The notes beneath the pieces are model-generated. The model saw nothing but the letters and a program-made list of their open reading frames with translations, was not told the DNA's origin and searched no databases. Shown here piece by piece: positions 1 to 12,572 of a stretch of 64,000 bases of DNA. Source of the stretch: Vicugna vicugna (lineage: Eukaryota); the NCBI GenBank assembly GCA_013265495.1, contig MU058636.1, positions 7,332,295 through 7,396,294 of the forward strand. The letters are read 5' to 3'. Numbering within the stretch: the stretch's first letter is position 1; every line of letters starts with the position of its first letter. A program made the translations under genes and the position numbers.

Positions 1-239
1 CTTGCCTCCTGGTGCGTCCACCCTCATGTCTACAAGGGACCCATTCCCTCTCTCCTCCTCGACTGACAAACCATCACCTCTGACCCCTCTTCTCTTCCTC
101 TGGCCTCATATCCACTTAAATTCCTGGTTTCATTTCCCCTTTGAAGTCCCACCTCCCCCCATTTTAAACGTTGCTGTTTCAATCCTGCCCTGACAGTTTC
201 CTCCTGGGATGACTACAGTGGCTTCGTGGAGCCTTCCCG

Positions 240-785
240 GCCTGGGACCCTTCACGCATAGCCATCCTCTATACCACTGTGCCGTTGTTTTCTAAAATCC
301 AAATAAAAATCAGATCATGGCCTTACTAGAAATCCTCTTTCACCCCCTAATACCTGCAACAAAATCATGCCTGTGTGATGCTGCAAGCTCGCCATGACCA
401 ACTGGGCCCCACCACCTTCTCCCCTTCCTGGAAGTCTATCATTCATTTTTACTGGACTAGCAATTTTTCCTTAAACATGCCATATGCCTTTGTACCTTTA
501 TGCTTTAACTCTCCTTGTTTTCTCAGGTGGTGATGCCCCCGGCCCTTCTGATGCTGGCAGGACCCTTCAAGTCCTAGTTTATAAGTCTTTTTCTCTGGCC
601 CTGTTGGTGAGATTTAGCCCCTTGTTGCTCTGGGCTGTCATGGTACTCACTACACGGTTAGAGTCAGTGGTACACATGTTTGTCTCCCAACCTGAAGACA
701 AGAACTGTGGTTTAATCATCTTTGTGTCCTTACAACCTAGTACATGTCTGGAACACAGTAGATACTCAGGAAATATTTATTTAAT
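240..785 (+). mobile_element. Degenerate LINE-2 3' region
   Basis: Ends with an L2-type tail, cctagtacatgtctggaacacagtagatactcaggaaatatttatttaat. Upstream ctaaaatccaaat...gatcatg resembles L2. Confidence 0.6.
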
Positions 786-3700
786 CAACACGGGGCATTA
801 ACATGGGAGGAATCCTGATGTAGGGTGCTGCCCCCACACAGACAGAGGGTGAAAGACAATGGGTCAAAGCTGTGAAGAGTATCTCGGAAACACCCGCTGA
901 GGGTGAGCCCTGGGGGAACTGACAGGTGCAGGGAAGGAGAATGGGAGGAGGATTCAGCTTTATATGCAGCAAAAATGTCTAAAAACACAGGGGATGGCCC
1001 TCTTGATTTTCTTGGTGCATTTTGTTTTCAACAATTCCCTTGGAACGTCAGAGCAGGAAGAATCCTCTTCTGAAATCTCTACACCAAAGGGAAAAGGCTG
1101 AACTCAAAATTAACAGCTAGCAATCTGCCTTGGAAGGTGTTTGATATAAATTAAAAAATTGACAAATTGGACTGGTAAACTGATTAAAATTCTCTTCGCT
1201 TCCCCAGCTTTGGTTCTTGTCTTATCTGCGTAAGTTGCACAAAGTATTTTTATATAACTGTAAAAAAGTAAAATATGACTAGCATAAATAAAAAGACTTC
1301 AGGATTTCCAGAGTCACATACAAGTAAGTTTGAAGCCCGGGAAATATGGAATGAATGGTGCCCCCACCATGGTAGAAGGTCATTAACCAAGGTGTCCAGC
1401 TTTTCCCTCGTTCACGTGTTCACTCTGGCATCTCCAGCATCGCTGGTCCATGGTGGGTTCTCAGTGTACATTGAATGAATGAATGGTTGTTGCCATGAGT
1501 GTTTCTACCTTAGACTATAAGCTTCTGGAGGGCAAGAAAGTGCATCAGCTCATGCTTGAATTGACGGGTGTAAGGCACCCACTGGGGCCTAAGCTGTGTT
1601 TGTCTTGGTTTCTATAGACAGAGTGTCTCAACAGGGGGTGCCACTCTACAAGGAAAACATGGCCATCCATCTAAATGGATAAATAAAACTCTAAAGCAAA
1701 CCCAAAAAACCCCTGAAGTTCTTCTAAGGGATCCAAGAAGAGATTAAAACTTTGAAATCTGTAAGTTCCTAGGGAGGACTGCAGCAACAAAAACCCAGGC
1801 TAGGTAAATGCGGTTCTCATACACTTTCAGTATTAAGAAAACAACATCGAGCAAAACTAAACTTTATCCATTCTTACTGGAATTGAACTAGCGCATATAA
1901 TAGCCTTATTTGGGGGGATGCTTTGTTATAACTTCCCTGTGCAGATAAAGGAGTTTATTGAAAAGAAATTCACATTTAAATGACGTATTTTATGAGATGT
2001 CTGAGTTCCCAAGACAGACACATGAATAAAGATTCAACCCGTATTAAACTCTCTTTATGATGCTCTTACGTAGTCTTGTTTCTTTAAGAAGCAGTAACAC
2101 CCGTTTTCTCCATTTCTCAGGGATATCTCATTCAGTGTCTCAGCACACAGTTGTCTGGGGGTCCCTATTTTTGTGTCATCAAGGCTTCTGGTTTCTCTTT
2201 TTCTAGCTCCAATTGCCTTCTTTGGACCCTTTCTGTTGTGGAGACTAATAGTAATTCAACAGCTAGGTAAATCATATTATCTATAAATTATTTAGGGGCT
2301 TGACCCGTGTACTTCCTGAGAGCAGGGGCTGTTTCTTTCATCTCTGCACTTTTAGCACCTAGCAAGCGCCTGACACTGGCAGGCCTGAACTTGATATTTC
2401 AGAGGGTGTAAATGAACACCTTACATTAATAAATCACCTCTAGCTTCTGGTCTCAGGAGGAAGAATGAGTAAGGGGCAAAGAGAAGATTTGCAGGGGATG
2501 CTCATTCCGGTCCTAACCCTGACTTGCCAAGGGAAGTTTCTGTCTACCACTGACATACATCATGAAGTTGGAGTGAATCATTTCACCCCCTGCAATGCTG
2601 GTGCCTGGGACTAACACTTGGGCTTCAATTGCAAAGTGTTGTTAGGTTGTAAATTGCAAACTTAAACTAGGTACTGTATCAGTTATCTCCTTGAGATCGA
2701 AATTTTAATAAGCAGAGGTGAAAAAACTGGTATCAGAGATTGTCAGCCTATTGTGCCGGGAGCACCGGACACCCTCGGGGCTAGCCCTGAGGGGCCACTA
2801 TTAACTCGGTGACTCTGGGCCAAGAACCCCCAGTCCTGCCCCTGCTTCCTTATTTTTTAAAAATGGACTATATTATGATATAATAAAGAATATCTTGTCT
2901 TGCTTGTAATTGGGAGATCATTGGGAGGGTCAAAATAGATCAAACAGATAAAAATTCTATGTAAATTCTGATGTTTCATTTAAATATGTCAACAATATTA
3001 TCACATACAGCACGGAAACCTACAAATCTTAACTTTATACTACACTCTGATCTCTGTACAGTGCAGGAAGACGACTACTGGAAGGAGAAATTAAAAAACT
3101 GAAGGAGAAATCATTTCAAACTTTAGGTTAATGTGTAAGGAGGAAAAAATGAAGATTCCTTAATGTTAAAATGTCAGGTTCATGGTGATAATGGGGCTTG
3201 GGGCCAAGCCAACATTTAAGGAGTATAAAAGTAAAATTATTCACATTCCAGTTCTGCAATTTATGAATAACACTGAACAGACTATTTTAAGAAAATTTGG
3301 ATGCAGTCAATATAGTGATAGCTCACTGCTCCTTTCCATGGTTTCAAGATACACATCTGAGTAGAGACAAGGAGTCTCAGGCCAGCTCAGTGGAGGGGCC
3401 CAAGGCAGGTAATCCCCTGACATCCAGCAGCTGAACTTGCTCCAAAAAGATACGGAAACACCACTGGACTCCCTGAACCATGGGCTTAGGTTCCAGAAAA
3501 AGGGAGTGATCTTGGGGTCACTGGCATAATCCACTCATTTGCATCTGGGCATTTCTGCTTTATAAACCCCCTCTCTAAATTACAATCACCCAGAGGAAGG
3601 TGATAAGATTTGATAGCAAGTCAGAATCAAGAGACAAGTCATTGCATTTTATAAGTTCTTATATAATTAGGAGATGGCTGTATGGCATATCTTCCAGATC

Positions 3701-5661
3701 AAAATGACTGAAGTTGAAAACTTTTTATGCATAAAAGGCTCATATTAAACAAAATGTGATCAGTGCCATTTAATTAATTTTGACCTGGAAGTTAAAGATA
3801 CCTTGAATGAAGTGTTAATGTTTCAAGAACATACTGGTTTTAGAGCGGATTTGGATTCTGGTTTCCACGTGGAGATGATACTCCCTGGCATGGTGCACTT
3901 ACCACAAATTCCAAGTCATCGCTGGTCAGATAACCAGGTTTTAACTAGAGTGGAAAAGGGATTCAGGGAAACAGCAGAAAACAGAAGTGCTTGTCTGAAA
4001 TGATCTATCGATTTTGAGGTAATAGATCCCATCCATTTTAAACTTCTAAAGGGAATGGTTCCAAACATTGGCAGTGACAACTGCAGATATATTTAATACA
4101 TTTGCCTATCTCCTTTTTTGAGTTTCTGAAATTACTTTTGGTAAATGATACATTCATCTTTATTTATAAGATTATAATTAAAGACATTTATAAGATTTAT
4201 ATAATCTGAAGAGCTGCTGAATAGGGACTATGTGACCAATTAATTCTAAAGTGAAAATTTTCCTGTATTTATAATCATCTGTTTAAGATTCGGCTCATGA
4301 TTCTTTTTATTTTTTTGGTAACTGAAATTTTGGATTCTTTTTTGGAAATAAAATAGGCTCTTCACTATTTACAAGGTTATTTATTTCTGACTTGCAAAAA
4401 TTCTCTCTCCCTTTTTTTCCACTTGTATTACCATGTTTTCCTCCTGTCGCCCCCTTTCAATCTTGGCTGCCATGATCAGACAGACAGAAAGCATGCGGGC
4501 ACTTCCCTGGCATCTGTAGTGGAAAACTCAGCACCGGACAATAACTGCTCCTGGTCCCAGGAGTCTGTTCGTTGACTTGTGCACAATAATCTGACCTGTC
4601 CGCCACCTTCCTTGACTCGTAGGGAGACCAAAAGCAAAAGGAAAAGAAAAGAAATTTCTCCTCAAACCTAAGAGCATCTAACTGCCAACTCTTAAAAACA
4701 AAATCTATTAAAAACAACAACGACAACAAACAGTGAATAGCAACAGGACATACTGATTCTCTTGAAATATCTATGATGTAAGAGACATAAGATTCTGGCG
4801 AATCACCCATTATTAGATGTTTCCTCCACGCTACAACTGATATTTCAAAATCCATGGTATATAATAAGAGGGAAGAGAGGAAAGATTAAGTAAAATTTTT
4901 CAATATCAAAGTGGGTTTGAATTGGGGACCAATTTTGTTTTTTAATATTGATTTTTTTTTTAGTAGTATTGACAATGTTTTGACTAACGTGGCTTCTTTC
5001 GCCTTTACAGCCTTCCACGGTTATACTAAATAGCCAAGATTTTTAGGGGCAACAGGCTGGCTGGGCCCATGACCTCTCTCTCCCTTACTGCTCCCTGGGA
5101 GTTCATCCTACAGCCCAGGTCTGGTCAGAAAAAATGAGGAATGTTCCTTGGTCAAGGCTGAACATCCTCCAAAGAGCTCAGTTTTCATCTGTCGTCTGCT
5201 TAATGAACAAGCTAAGGCCTCCAGAAGAGTTTTACAGAAAGCAATTCCAGCGTCACCCTGTCATTCCGGGAAGGCCCACGTCTGTATGTAGGTGGTGTCT
5301 CCCTTGAAGGGAGAGACTTTCCCTAGTATCAGTTTCCAGAGAAGAGATGATCTTCAGCTGTAAATTCTCTCTTTTCCCAGCTGATTGGTTTTCTGCAAGC
5401 AGAGGTCATTATAAGGAGGTAGAAAAGGTAGCTGGCATCTGGCCCTCTCTTTTGCTCATTGCTATGCTGCAAGGTCTCCAGAAGTCTGCTCTTGGTTGCA
5501 AGGGTTAGAGATGGACACTGTCCCTTGGAGGCAAGCAGAGGCGTGGAAAGGAAGTCATTGTCATGCCGATAGATGAAGATGAGCAAGCCAGCTCTCCCAC
5601 CCTCCACTGTCCAGAGTCAAATGACTTCCCACATCTATTTCTGATTTTGTTCTCCGTAATC

Positions 5662-5950
5662 CAGTGGTTCCTAAACTTAGCTGAGCCTCAGAATTAACTG
5701 GAAGGTCTTGTGAAAACCCAGATTGCTGGGCCCCAGCTCAAGTGACGCGAAGCTGTTGTTCCAGGGGCCACGCTTTGGGAACCACTTCCTTAACCCTCTG
5801 TTTCCCTAAACCTGGGACGTAGACTATCTGATCAGAATTGCCTAGAATACTGATCAAAACAGGCTTTGGCCCTTAATCTAGGATCTAGGAGTCAGGGGTT
5901 GGATGACAACCTTTAGCAAGTTCCCAGATGAATCTCATGAACTTGAGACT
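5662..5950. mobile_element. Adjacent MER5-type (hAT-Charlie) MITE remnants
   Basis: Termini cagtggttcctaaactt ... tttgggaaccact with interior cagattgctgggcccca, followed by a second, more degenerate copy. Confidence 0.65.
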
Positions 5951-7250
5951 TCGAGTGTCATTCTCTTACCCTTCAGCAAAGTTTCAGTGTCCCCCCCACT
6001 CAGGGCGAGCTCTGTCCGAGTAAGGGAGGCCTCTCAGCCCATCTGAGACTCCGTGAGGCCCATAAGCTCTATCTCAAGTGCCAGCTGCGTTCTGAGACGT
6101 TCCCTGACTGGTGTGATGTGAGCTGTGCTGGGGGAAGGGGACAGTGACAGCCCATCAGTGCCGCCGGTAGAGTGAGAAGGTCTTTGCAGACACATCCAGG
6201 GAAGAGCAGTCATCAGGAAGGCCCCAAGGGGAAGGCGACCCTTAGAGAACTTAGGTGGACTGAGGGGTCCAGCTCTCCAGCCACCCAAACTTCTTTCTTC
6301 CAAGACTCACTTTGGAGGTTTCAGTTTTAGTTTTTATCAGGAAAAACAGATGATAGCACCTCCATTTTTAAATATGGAAGCTATAACATTACTCAGTAAT
6401 GCCAGAGGTAGCCCTGTCGCTCCAGTTCAGACATCCTTCCCTGTCCCTCTGGGACCACATTGCTGGGAACATGACGGCCTCAATACAGACCCCAAGGGTC
6501 TCAGTCCCCATATATAAGAGCTTCCCTGCCTTCTTGAAATCAGGTGACAATCGCTTTGATGTATGTATCATTTAATAATTCATGTTCAACAGTTTATAGA
6601 ATTTAGTAAATAATTCCCTTCAATAGTGAAACAGACCTTAAAGCTAAGACCAAAACAAACAAGCAACTGATTCATGTCATTTTAAGACCAAAGAAGGAAA
6701 GGCGGGGCTGAGGTGGTCATCTTGCAAGTACACATCCTGCTCCAACGCCAGCACGCACGCCCACTGACAGACAGGACACAGCCCGGAGTCCCTGCAGCCA
6801 CCTCTGCCCAGGGCTCTCGCGCGTGCCACTTTTAGCCCCAGAGCCAGGCTGGGGCCAGAGTACAAAGTATGTCAAACAAAAGTACATCAAACACATATTG
6901 CAAACCCCTCACTAGCCAGTTCCAAGGAGAATAAATGCTTTCATGGAGACTTCTAGAGTAGGGAGCCCTTAGCCTAAAAAATAATTTTTGTGGCAGAAAT
7001 GATGCAAGTTGGGAACATACTTCTATTTGTGGGCAAATCCGGGTCTTCACTAAGTCTTCCCAAACCCGAGGCTTTTTCTTAGAGCCAACATGATAGACTC
7101 TGGCAAATCTGTTCCACCGCTTTAACATGTTCTAAAATTACAAACCGGAATCTACACTATCTGGAAACCTCACGCTCCGGGTTTCACACACCCTCTGCTC
7201 ATCATGCGTCAGAAAGGAGGCAGTTGCTTCAGCCTCCTTTGCTGCTTTAC

Positions 7251-7367
7251 CTGAGCTGGTTGACGCCGGGGATTTGCTGCGCCGGGAAGGTCCTGGGCTC
7301 TTGGTGGTGCTCCTGCGAGATGATGAAGCTATTTTGGTGTAAGAAGTGGACTTCACCACTCGACATT
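7251..7367 (-). CDS. DCLK1: Internal coding exon of doublecortin-like kinase 1 (corresponds to human exon 5, about residues 275-314, from memory)
   Basis: Minus-strand translation (E)[38 protein letters not shown] matches the DCLK1 linker after the second DCX domain. Acceptor is ctttcttctctccccag|AATGT (AG at 7369-7368) and donor is TCAG|gtaaag (GT at 7250-7249). Length 117 nt = 2 nt + 38 codons + 1 nt. Confidence 0.96.
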
Positions 7368-8782
7368 CTGGGGAGAGAAGAAAGGCCACACACACATCAG
7401 TATAGGGGCATGGCACATGCCATTCAAAACGTGCAACAAACCTGGGAAGAGACATATACAAGCCATCCTCAGGCACACGTGCTCCCTGCCAGCCCAGCGC
7501 TCCTGAATGACAACGGAACCAAGAAGACAACCCGGAAGGGCACAGTGGGTGTCTTAGACATCCACGTATATACAGTTGTCCCTCTGTACCCACGGGGAAT
7601 TGGTTCCAGGACTACCCGCCTCCAATAACCACCACCACTGGCTGCTCTGGTCTGACCAGGTGGCCCCGCGAGTGGTTTCCATCTTTAAAAAAAAAACTGT
7701 GCATATGAACATATGAGCACAAATTAAAAGGTGGAAGTAAGCAAGAAACACAACATCATAGTCTCGAAAGACACAATCAGAACCGCTGTGTGAATAGTGC
7801 CTGAGACCATGTCTATGGAGGTTTTAATTCACAAAACAGATGTTTGGAACAGGTGAAGAGGACGTCCAGTTAACTCAAGGCTCTGTTCACACAACTGACA
7901 GCATATTCTGGAGTCCATCCTAGTCTTTGGACACGGGTCTGGCCTTCCGGAAAGATATTAGCAACCAAACTGGACTGCTATGACATTGCTGGTTCGTTGG
8001 CGTGCTTCCAGTTACATTTTTACAAGTGTCCGCTGCGTGCCCAGCGCTGAGCTCTGCAGGTACGATGCAGAACAGACACAGTTTTGGAACTGGAAACACT
8101 GACCTCCGGGCGGTGCAGTGTGGAGTCTTTTAACCAGCGAGGACTCTTTTTTTCCGTTGATTTTTACTTCGTGGACCTCATGTTTTAAAAATGTTATGAA
8201 ACAAATTCCATAAAGTAATAATACATTTCTCCTCTTAAATCAAAACCAGGACTATAATGAGGGCAGGATGACCGGGACTTTGTGTCTCAGGTCGCAAATG
8301 TCCAGAGGTCACATAAATTTAAAATAATAATTATAAAGCTTGGTATCTATCTAATTAGCAGGAATGAATGGTTAAAATAGAAAGCTACCAGATGGTGCGC
8401 ACTAGTAATAACAGCCATCTGTGAGCTGCGACATGAATTAAAAAGTTGATTTTAGGGTTTGTCGCAGGTGCCAGAATTGCTGGTTACGGCTCCAACTACC
8501 AACCAGGGCTGTGGACCAGCAGAATAGAACCAATCTTACCACACTGAGCTGACACTTCTCCAGCTACCAGAAAGACACTGGGTATTTTCGTCAGGCAGCT
8601 CTGTCTTACCAGAGCGAGTGTGGGCGTTTGATTTGATTTTCGAAGTGTTGAACTCACGCCATGCTCCCAGAGCTTCTCTTGCTTCTCTCGAACTTAGTTC
8701 TTCACCACATTATTAATCTAGCCAAAGTATTCATTTGTCTGCCTCCCCACCCCCTTCTCCCTTGGGTACTAGCTAGTCCTGG

Positions 8783-8965
8783 CTATTTAGCACAGGGAAC
8801 TGTATTCAGTATCTTGCAGTAACCTCTAACGAAAAAGAATATGAAAATGAATCTACGTATATGTAGGGATGACTGAAACATGATGCTGGACACCAGAAAT
8901 TGACACAACATTGTAAACTGACTATACTTCAATAAGAAAGAATGCGAAAAAATAAATAAATAAAA
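8783..8965 (+). mobile_element. Short 5'-truncated L1 3' end (camelid/artiodactyl type)
   Basis: tagcacagggaactgtattcagtatcttgcagtaacc...gacaccagaaattgacacaacattgtaaactgactatacttcaataa plus an A-rich tail. It shares tagcacaggg and tgacacaacattg with the L1 3' UTR at 42.7 kb. Confidence 0.85.
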
Positions 8966-11149
8966 GCAGGTAATAGCTGCTCAGTAAATACCGGCCCATG
9001 TTGTTATTGCTCTTGTTACTACTTGTGTGAACTCTGACTATCCACACAACTAACCCAACCTCTCATTTGACTGGTAAAGGAGTCTCCAAGAGGCTAAAGG
9101 GCTTGCATCAGAATCCAATTCTCCTGGGTCAGTGGCTTCCTCAGCACCCCAGGGTCTGATACTGTGGCCTAAGCAGGCAGTTCCATTGTGCATAAAGGCT
9201 AGAAAATGTTTAACAGTGTCCTCGGGACAGACAGGTGAGTGGGAGATGGCACATAACGGGAACGACAGTGAACAACCAGTTCTCATAACGTTAAGTTAAA
9301 ATTTAAATACTAAAGCTGCAATTCTATCAAGACTCTCATTGCATCAGTAAAAAAGAAACAATGAACTCTCTTTCAGAAGTGGAATTATGGTAAAGTAATA
9401 GCTTGGGGGATCGTGGCATCTGAAAGATAATTACAAGTATTACGAATCTCATACCACTTGCCTTCGGGATATGAGTGAAGCTTCGTGAGTCATAGAGTGG
9501 ATTAGGATAATTCTGAAAGGCATGGGCTGAATAACAGAAAACAGAAACTAAACAATGATAGTAACTGCTTTTCCCCCCCAGGGTCAAAATAAAACCAATT
9601 GAAGAAAATTGCAGTGCCAGGCCATAAATTAGGAAAAAAACCCAAGAGACTCCAACCATCTTTCCCACTAGAGTTTCAATTTTAAGTATTTTAATTAATT
9701 TAAAAGGGAATGGTATTTTATGATGGTGAGAGATGCCATGAAAAAGGACAAATGTTCATTACTTTGGAGAGAATGCCAAAATCTCTGTCAGCTTAAAACC
9801 ACAACTTAGAAACGTCGTGAATAATATGATCTAAATGGCCAATAAAATAGAAAGCCTGTTTGTTCTCATGAAGGACTTTTTCACAGCGTCTGGCAAGGAA
9901 GCAAACAGCGCCCTCCATCAGAGACCTCACTCTCTTCTCCGGATGTGTGCCTCTGGGGGAGGCGGGGCAGTCACTTCATTTTGGTATTTTTGGCACCCGT
10001 ATGTTAAGAGGACTGCACTTCCTTTGGCTGTGGGGATGCTGGACCACACAGACACTTCCTAGGAAGGATGAGACTGAAGGACTGCAGGTGAGCCACTTGA
10101 AGGAAGCTTCAGGATAGTAATTTCTCTTGCTACTGAAGATCGCAGACTACCCAAAGTAGAGCAAATCAGATGAAACACATTCTCTGGGTCTCTGGTGACC
10201 GAACTTCCCATAGCAAGCAAGTCAGCAAGTGAGGTCTGATTAAGCCTCTGCTTGAGGAAGTCCCTACACTCACCGCTCCACGAGCTGGGCAGTGTCCTTC
10301 TCTGTTTGGTCTGCACTAACGTGAGCTTTACAGATGTTCTCGGGATTTGGTAAAACAGCCTTCCCACCTTCACCCTGGACCCCAACTCAAGAAACAGGCC
10401 TCCTGTATTGGCCAGATTGAGAGAGACAACCCAGACGCCAAGGTACAGGGAGGAAACTGGAGAAGGAATATTCTTTGGCCACGCTCCCCATGGCATGAGA
10501 ACTCTACTTATGCAGCTTCTCTCCCGACTCAGAAACAGTTGGGAGGTAGGCTGATGTGTTATGAAAGGTGCTAACGAATGGAAATGATTGCAGAATTCCT
10601 CCACAGGAACCACCAGCTCACCTGAGCTCACACAGCAGAGACCTTCATGCATTCAAAGGGGCCCATGTGTACCTTTTGGAGAATCTTGAAGGGCAAAGGT
10701 GACATGCTCCAAATGCCTAGGCAGCCTTAGTGACATGCTGCATGCTGGCTAGAGAATGTTCTTTAAACAAGGGATGTTTTTACTCCTCTAATCTCTTTTT
10801 AAAACCAGCAGAGTAAAAACACTGTCAGGCAGAGATGTCTCAATGACCTCAATGTTTCAGTCATTCTGAATTGTTCAGGAGATGGGCAAGTTCATCTAGA
10901 AGAATCCATCACCCACAGTAGATGGTTTGTGCTTTGTTCCCCATCCTGATCACAAAGACAAGCTCCCTCCTCACCTGGCAAAGGGACAAAGCTTCCGGAT
11001 GGAACAATATTCATCTCCGTGGCTACATGCAAAAGAGAGTCAGGGAAAACATGGAGTTCTAGAGACTTTTTGTGACTATGGTGCAAACTCAGTGACTGAA
11101 GGAGAGAACTTATAATCCTGGCTCTCTCCAACAAGTTGCTCTTACATGT

Positions 11150-11330
11150 TCAGATGCTCTGGGTTGGAAGGAACCCTCCGAGGAGATCATGGTTCTCAAT
11201 GGTTACTAAGTCAATGCTGGCTCCATTCATGAATATCCACTCCTCCTGTCTCCATAAGGGGTCGGCCAGCTTCCTCCAGAGCATCTCCAATGGATTCACC
11301 TGGGAGACTGACCACCACTGGCTCATGGTT
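11150..11330 (-). mobile_element. Ancient CR1/L3 or MIR3-like 3' end remnant
   Basis: Minus strand cattggagatgctctggaggaagctgg...gagggttccttccaacccagagcatctg resembles the L3/MIR3 tail (ggtcccttccaactctgagattctg). Confidence 0.4.
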
Positions 11331-12464
11331 TTTGAAGCTTTGAACATCCAGCTTAGCCTCCAGCTGGTCAGTGTGGGTGAGCTCAAAGACCATTCCTGGT
11401 CTGACTGATGGCTAAAGTTTACTTCCTACAGAAACACAATGATTCTCACACTTTGAGGCAGTATTATAGAAACACTCAAATGTAGTCTCCTACAGGAAGG
11501 GTGGATCTGCATCTCTCCAGCTGAATGCTCTGATAAGGACTGAGGCCCATCCTCTTGTTTCTGCACCACCTAGATTCAGAGTCAATCCTGACACCACTGT
11601 GAAACCCACATCCCTACTGGCTGTGGGGTTTGGAACCAGGGTTACCTTCCTAAGAACCAAATGCAGCATGTCTGGAAGAAAAGCAGTGCAGATTAAAACA
11701 CTCCAAACTGTAGTTTAAAAAAAAAAAAGTATGTAGCAGATTGAGTGGGAAGCAAAGGCTGGAGAGGCTTAGCTGGGGAGTAAAGTCCCAGAAACTGAGA
11801 TTTTTTAAGTACCTTCTAAAAATACAGCCACGTGTGTCTACACCCAGCGCCCAGACTGGCCAACCACAACTTCCAGGACACGCAGCTGAGCACTCCAGAT
11901 GGCGCCCATGTGTTCCCACGTGGCGTGGCTGCCGACTGTGAAACTAACATGAACCGGCTCAGTTGTCGGCTGAGCGCTGAACCTTTACGTAACACCTGCA
12001 GAAGTCTTTCTGCCCCTGGGATGTTCCGTACTAACATCTCAAGAGTCACCACTCAGATCTACTGTTTTAATAGCATAAGTGATTCTCTTCTCCAAATACT
12101 TTCTTTTCTCCTGACTGTCAAATCCAAGTTAATTTTCCCCACGGAACAGCTGAGTGTTATATGGGGGGTCCAGGGTGGTGGATGGCAGTTTTGCTCTAGG
12201 AAACTGCCTGGTAACCCAGGCGTCTGCTATTGTATGTCAGTCACCCTTGAGTCTTTTCCTCCACAGGGTCCCAGCCAGCCCATCGTGCAGCCTCCGAGTT
12301 TCAGCCCTGGGGCGGGGGAGAGAGGGAGGCCTCCAAGCACTAGACAGGGAAAGCTGCTTTGTGCCTTGTTCACCAGAGCTTCATTTCCTGACACTGATCT
12401 CGTCCTTTCCTTCTCCCCACATGTCAGCGGCACTGTTCAGTGCCAGTTGCGAGCTGAATCTCCC

Positions 12465-12572
12465 ATCTCTACCCACTGCATGCCAGTAGCACCTCCCTAC
12501 TTGTGACGACCAAAAAATGTCCCCACACATAGCCAGTGTCCCCTGGGGGGCTAACCCCTAGCTGAGAACCAC
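12465..12572 (+). mobile_element. MER20 (hAT-Charlie), 3' half
   Basis: ctctacccactgcatgccagtagcacc...tgtgacgaccaaaaaatgtc...gtccccctgggggg...tgagaaccact. It is similar to the copy at 30.0 kb. Confidence 0.85.

Larger units (their letters stand above)
1..7250 (-). other. DCLK1: Downstream intron of DCLK1 (partial)
   Basis: Starts at the GT donor (7250). The next exon (NGTPGSQLSTPRS...) was not seen within the window. Confidence 0.8.

Noticed and set aside
7138..7593. The 151-aa minus-strand ORF as a complete gene
   Set aside because: Only 7251-7367 matches DCLK1 and is bounded by AG/GT. The flanks are intron read-through with no recognisable homology.
10059..11408. Cluster of protein-looking ORFs (197 aa; HEPVVVSLPGESIGDAL; FCDYGA) suggesting a retroviral protease or pseudogene
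   Set aside because: The resemblances are on opposite strands and weak, with no coherent domain. Part of the DNA looks like an L3/MIR3 tail. A BLASTX/Dfam search would settle it.
11832..12506. 224-aa plus-strand ORF
   Set aside because: Non-ATG start, no recognisable homology, runs into MER20, and is antisense within an intron.
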